From NCBI RefSeq assembly GCF_009914755.1, contig NC_060934.1: a stretch of 64,000 nt of DNA. One strand, 5' to 3'. Below the pieces are notes generated by a model. The model was not told where the DNA came from. It did not search any database and was given only the letters and a program-made list of their open reading frames with translations. This document shows positions 1 through 10,640 of the stretch, one piece after another. The number at the start of each line of letters is the position of its first letter. Position 1 is the first letter of the stretch. The position numbers were made by a program, and so were the translations under genes. The DNA is from the human T2T-CHM13v2.0 reference genome, Homo sapiens.

Positions 1-810
1 CCTGAAGAAAAGGAAATTACAAAGCACTGAGCCTGAAATTCTGCCTGGAATTTCCTCTCTGAGCACTTGTTAAATTCTAAACTGATAAGGGGTGAGAAGC
101 CTAGAAATCAAAAGAAAATAGCTTCTAAGAGGCTCAACCCCAAGCAGAGCTGAACAGACAAACACTCTGGTACGTATCACAGGTTTCCAAGAGAAAAATC
201 TTAAAGAGCCCCACTTCAAGAGTAGACAGTGACATTAAAAATGAAGCAGCTATCACAAAGTCACTTCAGTCTCTGCTTGCATCAAAGCGAGCTTTTGTCA
301 TTGTAACTATGGGCCAGAATAAAATAAAGTCTGATGTGGAAAAAGAAAACAAGACAGATCATTTACTATTTTTAATGCCTAATGTGCCATCTTCAATAAA
401 AACCACTTAATGTCTAAGAAGCAGACCGGTAGGTAAACCAGATACTATCAGTCTCAAATTCTAAACTAGGATCAATATGTTTAATAAATTAGAAAATAAG
501 ATAAAAATTTCACCAGAGGAATAGAACCTATAAGATAGAAAGTATAGATACATAATTAACTATTATTAAATGTATTAATCTAGTAGAAGTGCTTGCTAAG
601 ACATTAGAAATAGTAGAAGAGAGTACTAATAAACCGGAATATAGATCAGGAGAAAGTATTTAGAACAAATCATAAAATGAAGAAATAATGAAGAAAACAG
701 ATAAAAGTTTAAAAGATATATCTAGCCCTTGGTGAAAAGGTCTAAATACATGTAATTTTTTTTCTCAAAATGATAAGGAAGACAAGGGCAGAAAGAGGGG
801 CTGGGGGAGA
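1..810 (+). mobile_element. Ancient L1M (L1ME-like) ORF1 region, left part
   Basis: A-rich sense strand; ggtgaaaaggtctaaatacatgtaatt (~731-757) matches the old-L1 ORF1 motif just before its GA tract. Left boundary uncertain. Confidence 0.6.
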
Positions 811-947
811 TCTCTCTCTCTCTATATATATAGATATCTATATAATCTCTATATAGCAAAATTTGAATATATATTTCTCTCTATGTATAGATCTATTTCT
901 CTATATCTATATAGAGATATAGATAGATAATTGATAGATCTATTAGA
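811..947. repeat. Compound (TC)n/(TA)n/(GATA)n low-complexity tract
   Basis: Directly visible. Confidence 0.85.
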
Positions 948-1564
948 TTTTTTTGTGTGTTTAAATTTTTTACTCTCCACATATAAAACAATTCTTCAGC
1001 TAAAACAGGAATAATGAGACAAGAGGATTGTGAAAAGTACAACAGAAAAATATTGTTCACTGGTTTATTCTTCCAAATGAGCAACAGGTTATTTACCAAT
1101 AAGTAGATCTCCAACGATGTGTATTAAAATGGCAAGTCTATCACTGCTTGAAATCTAAATGAAAAAAATGTTTTAAGGCACATTTGATCTGAGGATTTAA
1201 AACAAACTAACTTCCTGGCATAATGACAGATTTATTTTACTTTTGTCCCCAAAACACATGAACACTAAAATTGTCAAGGAACACTTAATATTTAGTAAAA
1301 CAGTAAGGAATATAAAAATTAGGGAGGGGAAAAATCATTTTCAGAAGGAAATCTTTGGAGGTCGGCTTACTGCAATTAAAACATACTAAACACACTCCTG
1401 ATACACAAATAATAATAACTAATAGGTACTCAAGTAATGGCAAAGCTCTGAACAATGGATATTAAATATATCAAAGATACAAAGGATAAAACAAAATAGT
1501 CATAAAAGAATAAAAACCATCTCCACCCACATAACACAGACAAGAAGAAGGGAACAAAACCAAA

Positions 1565-1610
1565 TCTATCTATCTATCTATCTGTCTATCTATCTATCTA
1601 TCTATCTATA
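1565..1610. repeat. (TATC)n tetranucleotide microsatellite
   Basis: About 11 units, ending in the TA target of MADE1. Confidence 0.9.
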
Positions 1611-1691
1611 TTAGGTTGGTGCAAAAGTAATTGTGGTTTCTGCCATTTGAAAGCAATTGCAAAACCTGCAATTACTTTTACACAAACCACA
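1611..1691 (+). mobile_element. MADE1 (Hsmar1 mariner-derived MITE)
   Basis: ttaggttggtgcaaaagtaattgtggtttctgcca...gcaaaacctgcaattacttttacacaaacc: ~80-bp palindrome of Hsmar1 TIRs, TA on both sides. Confidence 0.93.
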
Positions 1692-1870
1692 TACATATGT
1701 ATATATATGTATATAGTAATCAAAGGAGCTTAAATTTGAAGCTGCAGTTAATTTATTTTCCTTGCTGCATTATATTTCATTACATACACATACCAGAAAA
1801 TGTCATCCATTCTGGAGTTGATAAAAATTGGGTAATTAAAAACACCCAACACAGTAGAAGCCTCAAATAG

Positions 1871-2042
1871 CAGTTTGGTCTCCACCCCTGACTTCCCTCG
1901 GCTATAGAAGGCCCAACCCCAGTTTCAGCCCTACTCCACTCCAGCACTATAGTTGTGGCAGAAGTTTTCCTACTCATCCTCTTCCACTCCTTGATAGAAA
2001 ATAATCTGCCAATTCAAAGCCTCACGCTATCTTAGGTGCTAT
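1871..2042 (+). pseudogene. MT-ND5: NUMT: nuclear copy of a mitochondrial ND5 fragment
   Basis: In the vertebrate mitochondrial code: QFGLHPW(TGA)LPSAM(ATA)[41 protein letters not shown], 1-bp deletion, then LGA. This is the conserved ND5 [24 protein letters not shown] motif. Confidence 0.96.
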
Positions 2043-2178
2043 ATATATATATATATATATATATGTCTCTGTCTCTCTCTCTCTCTATATATACATATAT
2101 ATCTATATCTATATCTATATAGGTATGGGCAATGTTTGTGCTGCCTTTCTTCAAATATTGCTTTTGTCCTATTTATTA

Positions 2179-2210
<32 letters not shown>

Positions 2211-2350
2211 CACACACACAAATATATATATACATATATATACATATATATCTATATATATCTCTATATCTCTATATCTCTATATATATCTCTATCTCTA
2301 TACTCTCTCTCTATATATATATATACATATACTCTCTCTATATATATATA

Positions 2351-2410
<60 letters not shown>
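2041..2410. repeat. Compound (TA)n/(TC)n/(GA)n microsatellite containing an inverted duplication
   Basis: Directly visible; unique 58 bp at 2123-2180 is the reverse complement of 2410-2467. Confidence 0.9.
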
Positions 2411-2414
<4 letters not shown>

Positions 2415-2930
2415 TAAATAGGACAAAAGCAATATTTGAAGAAAGGCAGCACAAACAGTGCCCATACATGACTAAAAAAAATCAAATTAAAGATTCAAGA
2501 AGCCATTTCACCCCAAGTTGGATAAATATTACAAAAAACACTCCTTGAGACATAATACAACAAAGTTAAAGAAGAAACAACAGCTTAAAATCATCTGGAG
2601 ATATAATTACTAAATCATTCTGAAATATTAGCAGAGATTATTTTTTAAGCAAAGAGCACAGAAATGATGAGAATCTACAGAAAATGGAATAACATATTTA
2701 CATTGATGATGATGGTGATGAAGGCCAAATAAAGACATCTGCAGTCAAATATAATACAATCTGGAAGGATTAATCACCTATAGACCTGAACTAGTAAACA
2801 TATCAAAGTGAGTTCTTTGGCAGAAGTGGAAGGATTCCAGAGCCTTGGCTGTGCAAGAAGTAAGAAGTCGGGAAGGACCACATGTGGCTAATACTAAATA
2901 TATATTAATTATTTAAAATGAAAATAACTC
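2411..2930 (+). mobile_element. Ancient L1M ORF1 region, right part (continues 1-810)
   Basis: aagcaatatttgaaga...agattcaagaagc...ccccaagttggataaat and aaataaagacat...agacctgaacta match the old-L1 ORF1 motifs that follow the GA tract. Confidence 0.65.
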
Positions 2931-2959
2931 TCATGCCAATGGCATTTTTTCTTTCCCTC

Positions 2960-3540
2960 TGTCACTGAGGAAGGGGAGGTGAGACCGGGTCTCATGGAAG
3001 CCATTGTCCTGTCATTGTCCTGTCTTCCTGACCATGGATGCACTCTCCTTCTGCTAGAATGTGCTTAGAACGGGTATCCTCAGGACTGTGACATAGCTGT
3101 TCTTTTTTGATAAATCAAACTTGCTGAAATACTTGAAAGAAATACAAAGACTTGAGGAGTCACAGTGAAAGTATAAAATGCCTAAGCTCCCTCTAGCTTG
3201 CGTTCCGGGCTCCACTCCCTGCCTTTCCTCCTCTGAGGGATGAAATTTTGCTCTTGAGCCAAACTTCTGCTCCAAGCTCATGTTGGTGAATTTCTTTATT
3301 TCTAGTCCCCGAGCTGCCTCAGCATGAAAAGGAGACAATACTCAAGAGCTATCCCTTTATCCCAAGTGTCTTGCTTTCCTGACATTGTCTCTCAGCAGAT
3401 TGATAGGCATAGGACCGGAATAAAGGTCTCAAACTAGAATGTGTGTAATTAATGGTCTCTCTGCTCAATGTTTTCTTTTGTGATTCCCATTAAATTTTGC
3501 CTTGAGATATCTTTGTATATGCCAAATAATTATGGCAACT
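2960..3540 (+). mobile_element. Possible ancient LTR (family uncertain)
   Basis: TATA-like gtataaaa (3171), AATAAA (~3419), ATTAAA (~3489); overall LTR-like layout only. Confidence 0.25.
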
Positions 3541-3642
3541 TGACTGCTGGTTCTGGACATGATGGAGTAAACATATTTCACTCCATTCAGATGATTACAG
3601 TTTAAAAATCTCAGACATACAGAAAACTAGATCAGGAAACTC

Positions 3643-3774
3643 TTTTTTTTTTTTTTTTTTTTTTTTTGAGACGGAGCCTAGCTCTGTCACTCAGGCTGGA
3701 GTGCAGTGGCACGATCTCGACTCAGTGCAAGCTCCGCCTCCCGGGTTCACACCATTCTCCTGCCTCAGCCTCCC
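3643..3774 (-). mobile_element. 5'-truncated AluY-like right-arm fragment
   Basis: T25 tail; gcaagctccgcctcccgggttcacaccattctcc is AluY-type; no exact TSD. Confidence 0.9.
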
Positions 3775-4339
3775 CAGACAACTTAAAGAAAAGAAGTCAG
3801 ATTGTCTAAAGAGTCATGGGAAAGGATACAGTCGTGACTTCCTTTTTTCTCCCCTCCAGAAATGCCCAGTCTGGAGAGGCCCTTAACCTGGAAATAATGA
3901 TGGAGATTTTATAAAATGTCTAAGAAAAGCCCATTCTGTCTAGCCACAGGCACCTGAAAGGGGTGGCCCAGCAGGATGGAATTCTGTGGCAATGCTCTCC
4001 CTGCCCCGCTGAACACCATGAAATGGCACTTGTGTCCTCTCACAGTGGGCATTCTGCCTGGCTGGGGTGTGGGGGGAGGGTAAGCAGATGGACCCACTGC
4101 ATTCTTTCCAGGGCTGTGTAACCTCCAAGGCTGCTCCTGAGCAACTCACATGTGGACCTGACAAGAACCAGCACAGCAAAAGGCATGAGAACTGAACCAG
4201 AGTGCCCAGTGCTGCCCAGGTGTCAGAGCTGCCTGTGGGAAGTGCGCCAGCAGTACCGCCAGGTGACCCCACAGAGACTTTGAAAATTGACATTCGAACC
4301 GCAGTCAGCAAAGTGGCCAGGACACATGGGCTAGACCTA

Positions 4340-4702
4340 TGTATTAGTCCCTCCTCTGCTGCTACGAAGAAAATACCCGAGACTGGGTAACCTTTAAAGA
4401 AAAGAGGTTTAATTGACTCACAGTTCCACATGACTGGGGAGGCTTCAGGATACTTACAATCATGGCAGAAGGCACCTCTTTACAGGGTGGCAAGAATGAG
4501 AATGAGTGCCAGCAGGTGAAATGCCAGACGCTTATAAAACCATCAGATCTCGTGAGAACTCACTCACTATCACGAGAACAGCATGGGGAAACTGCCCCCA
4601 TGATTCAGTTACCTCCCACCAGGGCTCTCCCATGACATGTGAGGATTATGGGAACTACAGTTCAAGATGAGATTTGGGTGGGGACAGGGCCAAACAATAT
4701 CA
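4340..4702 (-). mobile_element. THE1 (THE1C/D-like) MaLR solo LTR
   Basis: tgtattagtcc...gactgggtaa...gatgagatttgggtggggaca...atatca termini and internal motifs. Confidence 0.9.
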
Positions 4703-5069
4703 AGCTTTTAGCATGTTCACCTGCTAAAATAAGATTTAAGTAGGAAACAATGTCTCAAAACACAACACCCACAATGTTCAGGATGCATTAGAAAACTACT
4801 CACCTACCAAGATCAGAATATCACAACCCTAATGAGTTAAGACAAACAACAGACACCAACAACAGGATAAACAGATGACTCTATGTGACAGGATTTGCTG
4901 TCCTCAGGCTGTGGCTGGATGACTAAAAACCTATGAATGAAATGTGTTCCCTTTTACTATGGAGAGAGCATCTGCATTTATAAATAACCTTTTGGGCCTT
5001 TAATTGGACATCAGGCAAATAAACTGAGAGGCTCTTGGAGACTGAATCCTGGTTTAAAGCATCGGGCCC

Positions 5070-5175
5070 ACAGAGATGCTTTATTCAACAAATATGCCTC
5101 ATAGATGCCAGCTGGTGAGGTTAAATCAGAGTCTCTGCCTTCTAGAAACTTGTAATTAGTCAGAAGATATGAGGC
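5070..5175 (-). mobile_element. L2 3' end fragment
   Basis: ttattcaacaaatat...gtctctgccttctagaaacttgtaattagt. Confidence 0.45.
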
Positions 5176-5837
5176 ACATTCATAGATGGCCACTGTTTAG
5201 GCACACTCTGGATCATGTATGCCCAATTACATGCTCTTATGCATGAGTGAGTGGCCAGGGGAATCCATCCTCACGTCTTTCTGCAGAGTGCATTGGACCC
5301 AGGTATACACATGATGGATTTTTATACTTGTAATTTCAAATGTACACAAACATCTCTCCTCTCTCATAACTCCGTAACTGTCAGAGGAAGGAAAGTTAGT
5401 GAGGAACATCTGCATCCAGTTATGACAGTACACCACCCAAAAATCAGGGCATGGTTAGACATTATTGTTTAGGAAAAACAATGGCTTTTCTATATAAATA
5501 GGTGCATGATCACTAAAACCAATCTGGAATATGCAGAGTTTCTTTTAAAGAAGAAAATAAATACTTTCAAGCTAACACACTCACAGTCAACCTGTTGACA
5601 TTTTATTCTTGGAGCCTATTTTTTTTTCTAAGTAATTTTTCTGTCCTATGTTGACATCACTTAATTAACCAGAACCCTGGGAGATATTATTTTGCATTTC
5701 ACAGAAAATGTCAGAGTGCAGTGAAGCAGAGGTTACCGTATTAATTTTAATTAACAGTGAAAAGGACCCCACAGCACCTCTGCCTCTGGCCACACCCTCA
5801 CCCATACACAAAGACAGAATAAAGGCTCAGATTCTAA

Positions 5838-6218
5838 GGTGGTCATAAGCTGGTTTCCCCACCTCCCCAGTTCATATGTTAAAATCCTAACCACGTAGAT
5901 GAAATGTTGGTAGTAAGAGGTAGTGTGGGGCTTTGGGAGAAGATGAGGTCATCAGGGTAAAGTGGGATTAATGGGTCTCTAAAAAGTGGGTCTCTTACAA
6001 AGAGACCCCAGAGAGATCCCTCACCCCTTCCACCATGTAAGGACACAGGGAGAAGGTGGCCACTTGGCAGCTGGGAAGAAAGCCTTCATCAGAGCCTGAC
6101 CATGCCTGCACCCTGATCACAGTCTCCCAGTCTCCAGAACTTGAGGAATAAAATCCTGTTGTGTACAAGCCACCCAGGCTATGGTCTTTTGTTAAAGCAG
6201 CCAAAGGAACTCAGATAC
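5838..6218 (+). mobile_element. MLT1A/A0 MaLR LTR
   Basis: ttcatatgttaaaatcctaacc...gagaccccagagagatccctcaccccttccaccatgtaaggacacag...aagccacccaggctatgg...aaagcagcc. Confidence 0.8.
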
Positions 6219-6429
6219 TTCCATCACTGCAACCTTACAAAGATGATGCTCTTTCAAAGTTTGGGACCAATAATGTTCAAAGCATCTTGGGATTTTCCTA
6301 AAGTTCCTGGTTAAAGAGTGTTTCAAGCCTTGGTAAACAGAGCTGATAACCCAGTGTCCCATGTGGGCAGAAAATGAAAGAAATGCATTGTGCTTTGTCG
6401 CATTATTTTATTTTTTAATTTATTTTTTT

Positions 6430-6810
6430 GTAAATATAGGGCAAATTTATTAGAAAAAATACGAAAATCCATTGCAAAAACAAACAAACAAACAAAAACA
6501 AAACAAGCAGACCAGCAAAACGGAGGTGACTGCAAGAAAACAAAGACTTGCTGGGGATTTTATAGAATAGTGTTTATGTTGTGTGCTATAGAGGGCTTTG
6601 TGCAGTACTAACAACGCCAAGGTTGCAGTGAACTAACTTGCAGGTAGGTGTCTGGGAAGAATTGGGCACAGCAAAATTGTGAGTTATTTGTGCAGGAGGG
6701 CTCTGTATCCTGGACCATGAAGAAAGGCAGAGTTATAGCTTATCTGCCTTCTCGTTTTGCTTTCCTCTGTCCCACTAGCCTAACTCCCTTTCCCCCGTTA
6801 GGACTCCACA
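6430..6810 (-). mobile_element. ERV1-class LTR, U3-R only, followed by an A-rich tail (6404-6429)
   Basis: Minus strand starts TGTGGAGTCCTAAC; contains GCAGATAAGCTATAAC, CTTTCTTCATGGTCCAGGA, CACTGCAACCTTGGCG and GTACTGCACAAAGCCCTC, recalled from MER4-group LTRs; AATAAA at 6446-6451. Family uncertain. Confidence 0.7.
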
Positions 6811-8030
6811 CGCATGTTGAATTCTTTTCTAAAACCGTTATTGCTTTGCAGGCGTCTGACGTGTGGTCAGGAAGTGCGCTGGAGCAGTGCCGCTTCCAGA
6901 ACAGGGTAGGCCCAGAGGGTCTTAATCAAGGATTCTCCAGTGTCCCAGGGGATGCGTGAAACTCTCCGCTGTCTTTCTGGTGTCCGCTTGTCCCTCAGAG
7001 CCCCTGATGCTCGAGGTTCCCAGGACACTCAGCTCCATGGGTCATTTGCTCCCTGTCTGCCACTAGATCTTTCTCTTGCTCTCCCTGTTAGCTCTGTGGG
7101 AACACAGGTACAGCCAATTTTCAAAGTACTACATAGTAAGTAAGCATCATAGAATAAGTATGTTTCATGTTGTAACTCTTTTTTATTGACATCTTTCTTG
7201 GTGGTTACATTATATTCTGTCAGTGTAGCTGCAGGAGTCTTTACTTCATTAAAACCGTATTGTAGCCTATTTGTTTTAAAATTTTCACAAATATAAATGA
7301 TGATGCTATTAGCATATTTGTGCTAAACACTTTTGTTTACATATTATTATTATTATTTTCCAAGACAAGCTTTCTATCAATAAAATTATTGGACCAAATG
7401 GATTTTAAATACTTAGGGCTTCTGATTTTTTTTTTTAACCACCATTTCCTTCTAAAAAAATTACCAATTAATCCTTCCGGCAAAATTGTGCTAATTTTAT
7501 TCTATCATGAACAGGAGTATTAAAATTTAAACAAATTTCATAATTTAGCAGACAAGAAATGTTTTGATTTTAAATGTGTATTATGGTGTAAAGGCATAGA
7601 TAACACAATAACTATGAAGTTGTGACATGATTTGCTTTATAACATTTTATAAAATTGAACTAGTTTTACTAAATCTGGAATTTATTTGAATTGTGCATAT
7701 GAGCAAGTTAGAGGAACTAATGGAATAAAAATTGCTGAAAAAAATCAACAATTGTAATGAATATGTGCTCTGTTTGCTGGCTTGTTTTAATATCACAAGG
7801 AGTCAAAAGTTTACCTCTACTGTCTGTGATTCTTGATATTAATGGATCAGCTAGGCTACTGGAAGGAGAATAACTATACTCACATTTAATTTTACATTTC
7901 ATGTCTACAAAATCAGATTTATTAGTCAATTCTCTCTTGAATCTCTACATTGCTTCAAAGGAGTCAAGCTCAGCAGATAAGGGTAGAGAGAGATTTGCCT
8001 CAGAGATAGTATGCAAAAAATGTAATAGAG

Positions 8031-8302
8031 AAAATTATATATATAATGTATTATATTATATATAATACATAAATAAAATAAAATTATATATAATTTATAT
8101 ATAATTAAATTATATATAATTTATATATAATTAAATTATATATAATTTATATATAATTTAATTATATATAATTTATATATAATTTAATTATATATAATTT
8201 ATATATAATAATTATATATAAATTATATATAATTTATATATAATAATTATATATAATTAAAACATAATTATAAATTAAATTGTATATAAAAATATATATA
8301 TA
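8031..8302. repeat. AT-rich minisatellite, ~26-bp unit with palindromic core
   Basis: Unit ataattaaattatatataatttatat and variants. Confidence 0.9.
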
Positions 8303-8679
8303 TGAAGAGAGCATAAAGTGCCATCAGGGGAAAATAAAATTACAAGTAAGATAAAGGAAATGAGTGCTAGGGAAAGAAATATTTTAGTCTGTTGGTCACA
8401 GCAAAAGGGCATCTGAGACCTTGGTGATCTCTTTTGTATCAATCTTTTTTTTTTTTTTTTTAAAAAGGTCCACAACTAACATATGATGGCTGTTTCTGAG
8501 GAACAACTCAAACTCTAGATGTGGGGGTGACACTATCGTTATCTGAATTGAAAAGAGAACCTTAAAGCCCTTTCCTACAGGTTCTGGCCAAGGCTTTAGA
8601 TTCTCCTCTATTTGTTTCTTTAGACACCATTTTCAGACTTTTGTTGAGACCGCAAATCTAATATGAATGGAGTTGTGGC

Positions 8680-9041
8680 AGTGTAACATTCATTGCCGAA
8701 GCCCTGACCCCCACCATCACAGTACGTAGAGACACTGCCTCTAAGGAGGTGGCTAGGGCTCAGTGGGGCCATAAGGGTGGCATAAGATAGAGTTAGTGTC
8801 CTTACAACAGGAGGAAGAGGCCAGAGCTCAATCTCCCTGCACACGCAGAGGAAAGGCCTTGTGAGGACACTGTGAGAAGGCTGCAGTCCGCAATCCAGGA
8901 AGGGAGCCCCTCGCTGGAAACTGAATCAGTAGGCACCCAGATCTGGGACTCCCAGCCTTCAGGGTTTTGAGAAATAAAGTTCTGTTATTTAAGCCATCCA
9001 GCCTGTGGTGCTTTGCATGGCACCGTGAGCCACCCAAGACA
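8680..9041 (+). mobile_element. MLT1A-type MaLR LTR
   Basis: gaggaaaggccttgtgaggacactgtgagaagg...gagaaataaagttctgttatttaagccatccagcctgtgg. Confidence 0.75.
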
Positions 9042-9769
9042 ACATCTTCAGCCTAATGCCCTTTCTTTTTCCAGGTGTGGTGTTTTCATGTGTGCTTTCA
9101 TTCATTTCCTCTGGGACCCTCACGTACAGACACGCTGCTCGGATGTTGAAGAAGCACGCACTGGAAGCTCTAGTTGAACACGTTGCTCTGTTGCTCAGGC
9201 TGTGCCTCCTAACTGTGAATTGGGGAGTTTGTTGCTATGAGCTGGAATTGACACTGGTTATTTGTGGAACTGCCTAATTCCTCATCAGAAAAATGCACAT
9301 CAAAACCTTTCCTGTGGATTTCCTTTTTCTGATGCATTTGAGCAGAATTATCCTTCACTTCCCTTTTTAATATTGAATTCTTCATTTTATTTCCCACTCT
9401 CTCATAGCAGCCTGAGCCTCTCTATATTATGGCATTAATATACTGCCTTTTAATTACTTCAGACAGAGAGCTGACATTCTGTAGTAAAGCAAGTAAATAT
9501 ATATGATTGAAAAGGTAGAAGGAGGCCAATAGTGCCAGCCGTTATATCGAAGTCACTGAATAATGTGGAGAGGTAGCTTTGAGCCTCCCAGACATCTTGA
9601 AGAGAAGACGCCTTTAATGGAAACAATGTAAATTTTACATCTGTTATCATAGTTCATGAAGGCCACTTATCATTTTGTTGGCCTGTTAAACGTATTAATT
9701 GCTTTATAAAAAATTCACTGGCGTATCTAAATCATTGGAAGTTCTTAATATTCATTCCATAATTCTCTG

Positions 9770-10640
9770 ACAAAGGATTATTAACATCACTTACCAGACT
9801 TTGTTTTAGGTGCTGGGAATACAGCCATTACAAAGAAAAGAAAGAAAATGTGTCTGCTATCCCAGGAATTGTATTTTAGTTGGGTAGCCGGGAACGATCC
9901 CCAAATAGGCCAGTGCGTATGTGCACAGGGATTGTCACAGAGGTCCACGCTCAGAGCCATCGTGGGAAATCATCAGAGCCCAAGCCACCTTGGAGAGCGA
10001 GTGCGGGGCTTCCAGCATGGTGTGTCAATGCCAGGCCTTCTCCTCTGTATGGCAGAGTAAGCACAGCCCTAAAGGAGCATGTGAGCAAATGCCACAGGTG
10101 TTCCAGAGACAGGCGCTAAAATTAGTAGAAAAAGCAAGTGACAGTCCCTGAGGTGGATTAACTAAGGCAGAGAAAAGAGGCCACTGTTGGGTTAGAACGA
10201 ATGAGTGAGGAAGCGAAGCAAACGGAATGGAGGTGAGCAGGTCGGGCCATGGAGACCCTGAGGAAGGAGGCTTGTTGTATTCTGGGCTGTGAAGCCATTG
10301 AGAAGCCTGGAGCAAGAAAGTGGCGTCAGCTCCTCTCCATAAAGTTTGCTCTAGATGCTGCATAGAGCATGGACCTGGGTGGGGTCAGGGGTCAGGTGGC
10401 TTTGCCAGGTGAGAGATGAGGGTGGCTCAGATTACAGTCTGGGGCTAGCAGTGATGGATTCACCTGTTTTAGAGTAGATAGCCACCATATGCCCTGATGT
10501 TTGGATTTGTATGTATCAACAAACAAACACAAATAAGGTGTAGCTAGAATTCTTAAAAGTGTCTTGACTGAAAACTGAAACGAATGATTTAGCCATTGAC
10601 CATGCGGGCAGCAGAACAGAAGCAGCATGTTTGGGTGAAG
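9770..10640 (-). mobile_element. L2 fragments
   Basis: ttttaggtgctgggaatacagc; gaagccattgagaagcctggagcaag; ttggatttg...tgactgaaaactg. Confidence 0.55.

Larger units (their letters stand above)
948..1870 (-). pseudogene. Candidate processed-mRNA 3'UTR fragment (parent unidentified), interrupted by (TATC)n and MADE1
   Basis: Complex non-TE-like, U-rich on the minus strand; AGTAAA (969-974) lies 14 nt from an A7 tract (948-954); AATAAA at 1064-1069; sits inside an L1, so it is an insertion. Tail is short and no TSD is resolvable. Confidence 0.4.
3545..4880 (+). mobile_element. Old L1M 5' region fragments, interrupted by Alu and THE1
   Basis: ttctggacatgatggagtaaacatattt start motif and L1MC/MD-like 5' sequence; resumes after 4702. 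Confidence 0.4.

Noticed and set aside
1780-1977. 65-aa minus-strand ORF ([14 protein letters not shown]...GVGPSIAEG)
   Set aside because: It is the antisense shadow frame of the ND5 NUMT, not a gene.
2039-2548. YI/SL/ER-repeat ORFs
   Set aside because: Translations of dinucleotide microsatellites.
3940-4431. 163-aa minus-strand ORF
   Set aside because: Starts inside the THE1 LTR and runs into old L1 sequence; no recognisable domain.
9050-9277. Good + strand splice acceptor (cctaat...ctttctttttccag at 9074) and a 73-aa ORF
   Set aside because: No matching donor or homology; a single acceptor motif is expected by chance.
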